DNA of 63,991 nt, the filler included, from Basidioascus undulatus (lineage: Eukaryota), in assembly GCA_000826855.1 (NCBI GenBank). It is 10 parts of 10 records of this genome, joined end to end, with 100 filler letters (N's around TTAATTAATTAA, not from the genome) between each part and the next. Parts side by side here need not be neighbours in the genome. Positions count along the whole stretch, not along the records: positions 25,934 to 32,309 come from JTLS01001756.1; positions 32,410 to 38,783 come from JTLS01001757.1; positions 38,884 to 45,254 come from JTLS01001758.1; 7 more parts are not named here. One strand, given 5' to 3'. The notes under the pieces were generated by a model. The model searched no databases, was not told the DNA's origin, and worked only from the letters and a program-made list of their open reading frames with translations. Positions within the stretch are counted from its first letter, which is position 1. Each line of letters opens with the position of its first letter. Position numbers and translations under genes: made by a program. Shown one piece after another: positions 25,934-39,100 of this stretch.

Positions 25934-28148
25934 CGCCCTACCCTCCGCCGCCGGCGTACAGGCCCCCTGCGGCTGTGCCGGCCGCGGGTGCCGGTGCGCA
26001 GGCGGGCGGGGGCGTGGAGGTGCTCAGGCAGAATAAGGAGGAGTTCTTTGGGTTCTTGGATGAGGTACGTGGAGCCTGCCATGAGCTCGCATGTCTCACT
26101 CGGAGCTGAATGTGACGGGAGGATGCCAGTTCTTCGCCTACCGCGGCGTCGGCTCAGCGCGCGGCTTAGCGCGCACGCAGCCAGCTGCTCAGCCCCCGTC
26201 CCCTACTCAACCTCAAGCACAAGCAGAGGAAGAGGCAGACGAGCCTTCTCCTCCGCCTCCGCCTTCGAATCGCCCGCGCCCGAGCGGCGTCGCATCACGC
26301 TTCATCCCGCCGCCGCCCCGGCCAGCTGCTCTCGACGACGAAGAAGCGCCTGTACGTGTCCTCCCCCTTCGCGATTCTTCCCAATTGCAACCCCACCAAT
26401 CTTCTTCTCGCGCGCTCTACATCTGTCACGGACGAACGCTGACCATCATCTCGTCTTTCTCCTCGTGTTGTGCCTCGGCCCACAGCCCATCCCCAGCTCC
26501 ACCCGACCGAGTTAGACATCTATTCCTTATTGAATGTATGATCCCGAATAACGACCGACTGATCATGCATGCTCGTGCACCTCACCACCGCATATCAGGT
26601 CTGCCCGCTCAACACTCCTCGTCTGCGCCTGCTTCGCCTGCCCCCGCGCCTTCCCCGCACGACAGTCCGTCTTCCCTCATCCCAACCTCAACCTGCGTCT
26701 TCAGCGCGTCCCGTCGCCGCGCGTGCCCACTCACCCACCATCATTGCCCCTCCACGCATCCTTCAGGACCAGAAATCTGCGAAGCGCACTTGCTGTGTCT
26801 CTTCTTCCACCCCTCCAACACGTGGACCGAGCCGTGGTTCATCCCCACCAACGGTGTGATGGACGTGCCTCCCCCCGCGCGGGGCACGCACATGCGCGCC
26901 ACGAGCGGGTTCGGGCAGACCACGAGCTCGGGCGGGGTGGCGCACGCGGAGTGGACGGGCTACGTCGTCCACTCCGACGACAGCATCTCGTGGTTCTACG
27001 TCGCGTACGACCCGGCCGACCCGCTCGGCCACAAGCTCGTCAGGCGGGCGGCGTACAAACCGCGCCCGGACGTGGAGCCTTGGGACGGAGGGAGGCTGTA
27101 TAGGGAGGCGGAGATTTATGGGGAGCTGGTGGCACAGTTTGCGGAGAGCGCGGAGAGGGACGGGAGACATGTGGGGAGGGGCGAGTGCTGGGTGCGTTGG
27201 CTTCCTTTCCCTTCCCTTTCCCATCCTTCCCATCCTCACCTTGCCTCGCTTTCCCCGTTCACTCACTTACGCGCTGTGGCCCCGCACAGGACCTCGCCGA
27301 CCAAGCCTTCAAGCACATAATCACCTCGCACCCGCACGTCCCGCCGCCCATCGGCTCCGGCCCCAAGCGGCAGCACGGCGCGCTCATCTACCGGGGCGGA
27401 GTGGACCCCGCTACGGGCGCACAGTGGGGCGAGTGGCGCGGCGGGGAGAACAGCGTGCGCCGCGGCGACATTGCGGAATGGTGTATCGCCGAGATCGCAA
27501 TTGATCAGAAGCTGCCGGATGGGAGGAGAGTTACGGGGATGCAGAGGATGGGGGCGCCGGAGTTAGGGATGCCAGAACAGTACGTTTGAATCCTCCATCC
27601 TCTTTCCCCCTTCCCCATTTCCAACCTTGTATGTCCACATTTAGCGTGGACGCTGATGCAATTGACGGGCGAGCGCAGTACAGGAGTGATCGTCCGCGAC
27701 TCGCCCCTACCGCCGCACTTCGTCGATTCCGTTCCCGCCGCGCTCGGTGGACAAGTTCTCCCCTCTGACCTCGTCACGCTCGAGACGATCGACCAGGGCA
27801 AGCATATCTTGCCTAAGCGGTCGGTGCTTGGTGCGTTCCACTTCCCCGCTCACAGTCCCTCTTCCCCTTTCCCCACCTCCCTCTATTCCTCCTGATTCAC
27901 TTTCCTTTCTTCTTGCCTTTCTCCTCCCCTTTCCTTTCTTCTGTTCATTTCTTCTTTCATTCGGCTCTGGCGCCTTGAGAGGAAGTGAGCCGGATCTGAA
28001 TGGACGGAGCGGCCCTGCAGATCTACGGAACCTGAAGAAGGGCGAGATGTGGATCTACCGTCCCATTGGGAAGGCCGAGTGGTATGACGGGGAGGAGCCG
28101 CGCGCGCAGTGGCCCCCGCCTCCGGACGCGGTGGTTGTCGCTGTGTGA
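25934..28148 (+). CDS. Pro-rich protein with a BBC1/AIM3-like C-terminal cysteine-proteinase-fold domain, 5'-truncated
   Basis: YGELVAQFAE...VGRGECW|DLADQAF...HGALIY...VRRGDIAEW...GMPEH|TGVIV...GEMWIYRPI, a permuted Cys/His arrangement of the fungal BBC1-like C-terminal domain. Confidence 0.75.
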
Positions 28149-29061
28149 GTGTGGAGGTGCGGATCGGGAGCTGGGGGGAATGGGAAGCTGGGGAAGATGG
28201 GACGCTGGGAGGAATGGTGGCTGGAGAAGGGGAAACGGAGGAGGGTTTGGGTTGGGACGATTCGTGATAACACCGGGGTTGACGCTGGAATGCACTTCTT
28301 TTGCTTTTGGCCTTCAAGTGACGATTTCGCGGCTTAGTCTGTCTGATCTGATTTCGATGCTCTGCTCCGGGCGTTAACGGAGGGTCCAGACGCGTGTGGC
28401 ATGACCGGCAGCGAGCCGCAATGCATGAGCGGTTGGTTGGATAGGACGCAGTGAGGCGGGAGTAGTCTCGTTATGTTTCGCAGCCTGCGATCGGCTGACT
28501 GCACGTTTCCGGGATGCTGCCCAACCCCATTTCTCTTCTTGACTCTCATCAATCAACAGTTGCGTTGTAAGTTTCATTCTCTTTTTCATCCTCCATCCAA
28601 AACGCGCAGATTTGGGATATCGATATGCTCGCTCGCTTGCGTTTCTGCCGGGCGAAAGACACTTTTGTCACTCATGTCTGGGTGCTATAAAACTTACGAA
28701 TAAATTTTAAGGAATCCAAAAAGAGATAATTCCGTTCACTTTGTCGGTATCATGATCTTGTGCGCACACGCACGAAGAAACACGAGGCAGCCCAGCTTCC
28801 TGACGTCCTCGTGTTAACGGTTCAAGTCTATCCACTGCGCCGTGGCTACATGCCTTTGAATTTACCTCAAAGTCGTGGCAACTAGTAGTCTGGCTGTTGT
28901 TGCACGCTTGTGGTCCCCCACGCCGGGCTGGCATGCATCTGCAGCCGTACATGGGATCCCGATCCACTTTCAGCTCCTCTTACCACTTTCCTCTTCCCAT
29001 TTCCATGCTTCTATCAACTGGCCTACATATTAGTCATATCGGTTCGACTTCACCCACGTAA

Positions 29062-29803
29062 AATGACCACGACCCACATCGCTCACGTCGTACGTCGTTC
29101 AGCCCTCCTTCCGCACGCCACACGGTCCCTGACCCCATCTATTCGTGTGGCTTTATCCTGTCGGTTCTATTCTCAAAATGGTAGGATCTTATAAACTACT
29201 GCAACGATCCGCCTCCGGGCGTCTCAACAGATACGAGCGCGCAGCCGCCGCCGCCGCCGCTGTTGAGCAGGCGCAGCCCACACGTCGTTGAGCATGAGTA
29301 CGTCCACCTACAGTTGAGTTCTCCATTGGTAGATTAACTTATTTACCTCAGGTTCAGGACCAGTCCTAGTATTGTTGGCTCACCTCCTTTCACGCCCGCC
29401 GGCGCCGACACCGCGATGGACGTACTCGAGGTGAGGACGGAGGATGCGAGGCCGGTGCGCAAGCGCAGGTTGCGCAAGCCTGCCCAGTACAAGAAGCGTC
29501 ACAACGTACGCCTAGTCCTTTATCCCTCCCCCCTCTTGCCATTGTCCCATAACCCTACACCGCGTCCCTTTCTTGCGCGGAAGGACTATACAGTCGAGCC
29601 CCATTGGAGATGCTCCTCGCCGCCTCACGCCGGACGAGATTCGCTGGCTGTCCCTCGCCCATCAGCGATTGCCCATTGCCAAGCGCGAGTGGCGCGTGCT
29701 GAGCAAGCGCATGAAGGAGGAGCACGGGCCTCGGGCGGTACCCGGCTTCCATGCCCACGCCCCAGGTACGTTGAGGAAGCTGTGCATGAAGCTGGGGGCT
29801 TGA
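29062..29803 (+). CDS. Small hypothetical, possibly mitochondrial protein (exon structure uncertain, may be degenerate)
   Basis: Presequence-like MTTTHIAHVVRRSALL...CRFYSQ, with a final coding-like exon RRLTPDEIRWLSLAHQRL...KLGA*. Confidence 0.35.
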
Positions 29804-30726
29804 GGAGGTCGGCCACGGATAGGAGGAGGACGAGGAGAGGGGGACCAGAGGCAGGAAGTCGGGAGGTTCGAGGACAAAGCTTTGATATCTCCGTTCGCTT
29901 CTCTTACTTCGAAATGCACTTTTACATAGCTTTCCCGCTCAGCAGAATGCTTCCCTGTCTTGATAATGACATGAGCTTTTGTGGCTTGTCGAAAATGTGG
30001 GCCGATACCGTCACATGGCTTCAAGTTCTTGCCGGCCTCAACAATCATCGCAACCTCTTCCAGGGCGGACACACAGCCAAACAACCTTTCAATGACGCCT
30101 CAGAGTCGGAAAAAGCAGTTTCGAATTTAACACTTCTCTGGGACTGGGCTTCATTGGCCGGGTACTCTTGCTGCGCCAGTCAAGTGGAGCATGAAACCTC
30201 GTATCTTCTTCGTTCCATCTAACATCACCTCCCATTTCGGCATGCACACACCAGTTATACCGTCTGAAGTCTTACACACGGTGATTTCTTGAAATGAATG
30301 TGAGACAGGCCTTGCAGGCAGTGCGAGCGTCGTTCAGGCCCGAGCATCAACTTCATGGCACATGGCCAATGCCGTTGAGAATTCGCATGTCTTCCATCTA
30401 GAACCCGCAACCAATTTTATCTCTTTGTTCGCACGACAGTCATGCTCTCGACCCCAAACAGAATGCTCACAGCAGAACGCTCGTCCGAACGCTGCGATGC
30501 GGCCGCTGTGCTGTGAAAAGGAACGATCCAGCCGTGCGCAGGACATTTCCCCTCTTTCACTCAAGTCTACCAGTCGCAGTATATTTCTAGCGAAAACATT
30601 ATATTATAAAAGGTAAATACTTTTTCTTGGGGTACTTCGTTTACGCACGGATATGGACGGCCAGACTGACTCTGCTTCATGTGCTGTTTCCGTAGCATCT
30701 ACACCGCTGTACCTCCGCCCTCCGAC

Positions 30727-31275
30727 ATGGCGACCTGTGATGCTCACTCATTCTGCCTCGAGTTTCACCCGTCGAACTGGCCCAAATCCTGGTTTGCCAC
30801 TCTGACTGCCCGCCCTCCTCCGCTGCCGAGCGCATCTCCGGACACCGACTGGGGCAGCCGGTCGAGCAAGCACGGTTCCTCGCGAACGGGCTACTTCTGT
30901 GCTGTCTGCCCTGACGACAGGATCGCGTGGCTCTCAGTTTGGACCGGTCCGATCCGCTGAACGCATCGCTGAGGACGCGTACGGCGTACCGACCAAGTCC
31001 GCTGGACACAATCTGGGATCGCCGCGAGCTTCGTGCCGCGTCCACGACCTATGGGGAGCTTGTTGCCCAGTTTGCAGAGGAGGAGTGGAGAAGGGACGAC
31101 CCGTGGGGAGGGGAGAGTGTTGGGTATGTTGCACTTTCATCTGTGCTTCCTAGCATAGAGCGTCAGCTTACCTAGCCATCACTTCTCTCAAACTTCTACT
31201 TCTGACCCCTAACAGGACCTGGCCGACCGCGCGTTCCGGCACATTTCTTCCCACCATCCCCACATCCATACACCC
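30727..31275 (+). pseudogene. Decayed tandem paralog of the BBC1-like domain gene, truncated at 31275
   Basis: CDAHSFCLEFHPSNWPKSWF (paralog CEAHLLCLFFHPSNTWTEPWF), YGELVAQFAEE, frameshift to VGRGECW, same intron position, then DLADRAFRHISSHHPH (paralog DLADQAFKHIITSHPH). Contains a stop and frameshifts. Confidence 0.8.
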
Positions 31276-31277
31276 CT

Positions 31278-31973
31278 GCAGAGTTCCGTGACGAAATCAA
31301 AATCGTCCATCTCCTCGCCGATATTCTGGATCCGAAAGATTTTACCATTTTCCCTGTGGGTACCTATGCCCCATTTCGCGCTTGTGGGGACACACAGTTC
31401 CTGGATATCGTGGTCCAGCACATACCGACTGGTATTCGCTTTCTTGTAGAGGTGGATGAAAATTGGCATCGTTATTATAAACAAATGTGTGAATGGAAAA
31501 AAAATTTAATGCATAGCCAGAGTTTACTTGCAACCCCGGAAGTGAAAGGGGTTGTAGACATTCGGATCAATCCCAGCGCATATAAAGTGAACGGAGAAAC
31601 CGTGCGCACCGAGTTGTCCAAAAGGGTGGAGGTACTTGACGAGTTCATCAAGGAATGCACATTAATGGATGGAGACACAGAACCAGTCCGTGTCTTTTAC
31701 ATGTTCTATCCTTCAGATAACGGTGAGACCGACATTATCAAAGAGATAGAAAAATCCATCATTCACGACTGGTTCGAACGCTTGCAGTCCACCGGAGAAG
31801 AAAATGGATCTTCAAAAGAAAGACGCGATGTGGGTGCCATGGTCGCCAATGGCACCGGGGAGGAATGTAGCGTAGCAGAGCTGAAGGAATGGTTGAAGGA
31901 CCATTCAGTTAAAGGCGCCAGTCGGAAGAGAAAGGCTGATCTTATAGCTTTAGTAAAGTCAGCTAGAAGATAG
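31278..31973 (+). CDS. Giant-virus (NCLDV)-type PD-(D/E)xK/Vsr-like endonuclease with C-terminal SAP/HeH-like domain; intronless, 5'-truncated
   Basis: FLDIVV...FLVEVDENWHRYY...CE...IRINPSAY...RVEVL...YMFY mirrors the NCLDV endonuclease pattern D...EVDENQH..Y..CE...IRFNPD.Y...LFY. C-terminus SVAELKEWLKDHSVKGASRKRKADLIALV. AT-rich, and no ATG precedes the nuclease motifs in this frame. Confidence 0.7.
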   Translation, partial: AEFRDEIKIVHLLADILDPKDFTIFPVGTYAPFRACGDTQFLDIVVQHIPTGIRFLVEVDENWHRYYKQMCEWKKNLMHSQSLLATPEVKGVVDIRINPSAYKVNGETVRTELSKRVEVLDEFIKECTLMDGDTEPVRVFYMFYPSDNGETDIIKEIEKSIIHDWFERLQSTGEENGSSKERRDVGAMVANGTGEECSVAELKEWLKDHSVKGASRKRKADLIALVKSARR

Positions 31974-32030
31974 TTAGAAGTGTTAGCAAAAATTGAATAA
32001 AAATCAATGTGTAAATCAATTGCCTTCTTT

Positions 32031-32309
32031 GTTTGTTGCGAACTTGCATTTTTATCCATTAGACAAAAAGTTTTACAACGGTAAATATCATATTGCGCAT
32101 ACCATGTTGATATCTTCGGAATAGATTGGTTCCGTTATAACATTCCTGTTTGGTGTTTGGTGATGAATTCGACGAGCTCTGCGAGGGCCGCTCTTTTGAG
32201 TTCCTTCTGTTTAAGATCTGATGTGGCTTCATTGAAATCGAAAATAACGCAACATTGCTTGAGCTTTCGAATAAATAGGTCTTGGCAGTCAGCGGCCTGT
32301 GCGTCTTTG
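32031..32309 (-). pseudogene. Fragment of PP2A regulatory subunit B' (B56), frameshifted and truncated
   Basis: [50 protein letters not shown] /frameshift/ [16 protein letters not shown], a 60-nt intron (32102-32043; GTATGC...CTAAT...AAG), then FATN, after which similarity ends. Confidence 0.85.
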
Positions 32310-32409
32310 NNNNNNNNNNNNNNNNNNNNNNNNNNNNNNNNNNNNNNNNNNNNTTAATTAATTAANNNNNNNNNNNNNNNNNNNNNNNNNNNNNNNNNNN
32401 NNNNNNNNN
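32310..32409. other. Artificial contig linker
   Basis: N44-TTAATTAATTAA-N44. Confidence 0.98.
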
Positions 32410-32410
32410 C

Positions 32411-34774
<2,364 letters not shown>

Positions 34775-35877
34775 GATCCCCCGGTCCTGTCCTGCGATAC
34801 CACATCAACCCCTCCCCCCCGCGCTTCTTCAGTCTTGACTCCCACGCATACCTCAATTCTCTCCTCCTACCCTTTTCTTGAGACTTTCTCTCCCGTTTGT
34901 CGTATATCTTCTCCCCTCCCCCGTCCATGACTCCCTTGGCCTGTTCCGGTAGGTGGGCATCGTCGGCGTGGGCGTGGTGCTTGCTTCGGCTGCGGGGCTC
35001 CCTGTTGTACACTCTCTGTATTTGCTATAGGCCTGCGCATGATGAACACGAGTGTCTGCTTCTTCTGCGCGCGCGGGTTCGCACTCGGGCGGACGGGCCC
35101 GTCGGACGCTTGAGAAGTTGCTGTAGCGGCGCGGAATTGTGAGGTGCGGACGGTCGATGTCCGGAGGCAGCAGAAATGGTGCACCGCGAAACGGATATCC
35201 AGCTAGCGCGGCAACTACTTCGCAGTTTGAAAGTGATCAAACCCTTTTAAGCGCGCGGTGCAACGCAGGAGTCAGTAGTGGGCGAGGTGCTGCCCGTCTC
35301 CGTCTTGAGCTGTGCGCGCCACCGAGCCAAGAATCAGCATGTCGATTGAAACTTGGATGTTTATTTTATGGCATGCAGAAAAGGGGCCACTCGATGGACG
35401 TTGGGGGTGCTTCGGCAGCGCGAGAGTGAGGTCTTGCCGCGAAATATCAGCAGCTGCGAACGGAGAAGCTTTGCCAGCTGCCTCTCGGTGAACACCACCG
35501 CCGAGACAGGAAAGGCCACTGCAAGTCGTTCACTCAGATTTTTATAGAATACAGCATGGATATGTGACCGATACGACGCTTCGGAAACGGTCTTGCTGCA
35601 GTCTGGCCAAGCCACGCTTGTCGTCCTTTCAGTTTGACAGCCCTAAAGCCAGCAGATGTACAGTGTTCGAAGGCGGTGCTCAATAGATTTGGAACAACTG
35701 ATGGTTTATTCTTCAGGATCATGAACCGTGACGGTTGTGATGCTTGAGCCGCTTCTCGACAGCCCCTCACGCCTCCCACATCTGCAACGCCCACCCCACG
35801 CGGCTCTGCCGGGGTACACGCCCAGACTACCCGCGCCTGTCCGTCCAGCACTCAAGCACCACAGCAGTAGAACAAGT

Positions 35878-36476
35878 TCAAAAAACATGACGCCGCTGCC
35901 TAACGGTCACTTGGGGCGGAGAGCGCCTACTACGCCGGCAGAAGTTCACCCGTCTGAAAGCTGGGGCTCGGAGACGACGGAGACAGGACCTACCGATGTT
36001 GTTGGAAGGGTAGATCACACCGACCTCCCTTCTTATAGCCTCCCCAAAACTCACACCCAGCTCCCGAGCGCGCGCCTTGAAGAACGCCTTGCGGCTGACA
36101 GCCCAAGCGCGGACCACTTCAGGTCGACGGCCAGAAAGCCTCAACGGATAGGAACAGCTCACCAGCACACGAAAAGTGATCCCGTATCCTCCGAGCGGCC
36201 GCATCGTAGAGTTTCTTCTGCATCGACAGCCTTGCCGAGAGAAGAAAGTTGGGAGGCGGCCCGCATGCTGCTGCGCAGCGCCTTGCTCGAGAAGCTCGTT
36301 GTATCTCGTTGTACTGCGCTTTCAGGACGTTGTATAGCTTGTCAAGCCGGTGGTACTAGTCGAGCCACTCCTCTCGGTTAACAGCCTTATACTGGACTTC
36401 GTCCTCGAGCGTCCAGGAGTCGTCTGTGCTCGGAGCGTCGGGCGCGCTGGTGGGCGGTGCCGTGGCAGCTGCCATC
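35878..36476 (-). pseudogene. Degenerate hypothetical gene
   Basis: MAAATAPPTSAPDAPSTDDSWTLEDEVQYKAVNREEWLD*YHRLDKLYNVLKAQY continues through an in-frame stop, followed by frameshifts. Family not recognised. Confidence 0.3.
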
Positions 36477-37343
36477 GTGGAGCTCGAACAGAACGCCGGT
36501 GATTCGCAACTCTCGCACTGAAGGGCAGACAAACGGGGAGGAAGGAATGTTCTTGGATTTCGACAAGACTTAAGCAACCGAAGCATGAGGGAGGCGCAAT
36601 TCGGAGGTCTCACAGTTGCGTTTCACATGTGAGCCGCCATTATCGTCCACTGGATTGCCCTGCTCTCTACCGAAGGGAAAGTATGATCCTAACAGGAGTT
36701 CAGTTTAATCTATGCTTTCAGGCCGATTGTCAGCAATGCAGAGCCGAGTCGAGGCTGACATCGACAGCGAGCGGTCTCGTACTGTGCTGCTTCTGGCCAT
36801 CTTGCCTCAAACTGACCTCGGGGCAGCGGCGATGAGCTTCGCGGCGCTTTCAACCCCTATGGCAAGGAGGCATAAGAGGGCCGGCACGGGTCCGCATCCC
36901 TTTGGATCGCACTATCACGACGTCCCACATTTCGCCTACAGCCATTCCACCCGCAACCTCACCTTTCACCCGCAAGCGCCCACCCGTACGTCCCAGATCC
37001 CACCTTCCACAACCGATCTCAGCTGACTATTGCTGTGCTGGCACTTCTACAGGCTCAATATGGCCTTTTCGACCAATGCCGCTTCGTTCGTTGCCGGCTC
37101 TGACCCGGCCAACGTCCTGCGCCACCGTCTGGCCGCTCACGGTTCGTCCCCGTGGAGTCTTTGTACCGCCTAAGTCTGACCCCCGTGTTTCCACTGTAGT
37201 ACCGTCCGCCAGGATGTCGACGGGCACGGGCGCGACTAGCAGCAACAGTCACCCGTACGTCTCCGGTTCCCTCCTCAATTCCCGTCCCCCACTTTCACCA
37301 TGTCCGACGTGTATGGGTCCTGATTCGCCCATCCTACTTACAG

Positions 37344-38075
37344 TCAGCACGCACCTCCCCCTCCGCACCCTCTATCGCGTGTTCCTCCTCTGCCCGGGCG
37401 GCAGGCGCATGCACTTCTTTCTTTCTCGCCCAAGACTTCGCTGCAATTGGTGCGTGTTCTGCTACTTTGGATCGGCATGAGTGGAGCTGGGCAAGGTGGA
37501 TGGACACGATGGACATGGGACGGCTTTGATGGAACAAATCGAGTCGATGGATTGATGGATTGACTATGTGCTGGCGGACTTGGGTAAGCGTCGTGTGCGT
37601 GTGGATGCGGTGGTGGCTCTTTCACTATGCGCCTGGCTTGAAGTGGGGATATATTTGGCCGGCATTGTTTACAATTATTGTGCGTACACATCACACTGAT
37701 GGACGTTAGGTCTCCGATGTCGGCGGCCCAACGTATGCAGCGACGGCTGCAGCGTGGGCACGCTTTCGCGGCAACTAGAGCAGCCCGTATCTGAGGGTCA
37801 AATGGTGCTTCTGAAATCCTCTCAACCCCATCTTGCCAACAGCAATCGCACCAGTCGCGAGCTTGGGTGGGACGCTGGGGTGCGCCGCGCTTGACATAGG
37901 AGGATGAGGGGCGTGCAAAGGGCGTCGATGAATTCTCCTTCTCTCGAGAGTTCACTCTGAGCTTCGTCTTTCTTGATATCGACAACGAGGGGACGATAGG
38001 GTGTCGATTGCTGCTCGCATCGCTGACCACGGGCCGCTGTGATCGCTTGACCTTCCCAGCTGCTCTTCGGAGCAA
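37344..38075 (-). CDS. Hypothetical ORF with a Cys cluster
   Basis: 243-aa ORF containing WCDCCW...CPRCSRRC...CTHNNCKQC. No clear ATG or known family. Confidence 0.3.
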   Translation of the reverse strand: MLRRAAGKVKRSQRPVVSDASSNRHPIVPSLSISRKTKLRVNSREKENSSTPFARPSSSYVKRGAPQRPTQARDWCDCCWQDGVERISEAPFDPQIRAALVAAKACPRCSRRCIRWAADIGDLTSISVMCTHNNCKQCRPNISPLQARRIVKEPPPHPHAHDAYPSPPAHSQSINPSTRFVPSKPSHVHRVHPPCPAPLMPIQSSRTRTNCSEVLGEKERSACACRPGRGGTRDRGCGGGGAC

Positions 38076-38375
38076 ATTGAAAGTCTACCCTGTTAACTTC
38101 TGTAACGCACGACGGGAAACAGCAAAGCTCGGAATAGGCTGAGCTCGCACGTTACACGGTTAAGCGTAGGTCCTTCATCTTCTGCACGTCCACCTCGAAC
38201 AACGGCAGCTAGTGCACCCCTCATCGATTGAAAGCATCTAATGAAGCGCGCAATGCGTCTAGCTTTCTGCAAATACTCGGCCTCAAAAGCCGTCCCCGCC
38301 TGTTCAGCGCGGATAGCTTGGGCGCACGGACGGTGTGCGCATGCTCCGCAACATCGCTTGAATTAATAAGTCTGC

Positions 38376-38783
38376 TCACTGCCCCACAGCATCACCCAGC
38401 CTCAGCTCCTCCAGCCTCCGATCGACCGCCCCCAGCGCGTCCGGCCCGCCTCCCGCTCTCCCCTCCTCCGCGACCACCGGGCCCTCCGACAGCCGCGCGA
38501 CCTCCAGCCTGCGCCCAACAGCGTTCCACCCCGTCCCCGCGCCCTGCCTGCGCGTCGGCGGCTGCTCGCCCGGCGACGGGCTCACCGCGGCGCTGGGGAG
38601 CTCTTCGAGTTTGAGCGCGCCTACGGCGGGCACGAGCACGGATGCGGGGGAGCCTGGCAGGCCGACAGCGCCGGCGGGGTGCGGACGCGGCGCGCGGTGC
38701 GCCCGCGTGCGCGTGAGTGGAGGTAAAATGTTGGATGATGGGTCGGCGGGGGCGGGGACGGGGGAAGAGGGAGCGGGACGGGC
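38376..38783 (-). CDS. 3' end of an unidentified gene
   Basis: GC3-rich frame ...ALKLEELPSAAVSPSPGEQ...RRLEELRLGDAVGQ* running from the contig end. Confidence 0.35.
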   Translation of the reverse strand, partial: ARPAPSSPVPAPADPSSNILPPLTRTRAHRAPRPHPAGAVGLPGSPASVLVPAVGALKLEELPSAAVSPSPGEQPPTRRQGAGTGWNAVGRRLEVARLSEGPVVAEEGRAGGGPDALGAVDRRLEELRLGDAVGQ

Positions 38784-38883
38784 NNNNNNNNNNNNNNNNN
38801 NNNNNNNNNNNNNNNNNNNNNNNNNNNTTAATTAATTAANNNNNNNNNNNNNNNNNNNNNNNNNNNNNNNNNNNNNNNNNNNN
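38784..38883. other. Artificial contig linker
   Basis: N44-TTAATTAATTAA-N44. Confidence 0.98.
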
Positions 38884-39100
38884 ATCTATACCAACAAAGG
38901 CATACAGGTGCGTGATGAATGAATGTCAATAAGCGAGTTTGTAAGAATCTGTAAGGACTACATCTACGGGAATCTGAGGAAATCGAGTAGCTCTATTGAG
39001 GGAGAAATTTATACAGTACAATGGGTATTTTGGGGTGGTCTATTCAAACGCAGACTAGTCCTCTTCCTCCTCGTCGTCGTCCTTGCGGCGCTTTCCTTCC

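Noticed and set aside
31216..31973. In-frame fusion of the BBC1-like exon with the virus-like nuclease
   Set aside because: The frames differ: the host exon frame stops at about 31449, and a splice to the CAG at 31281 also misses the nuclease frame.
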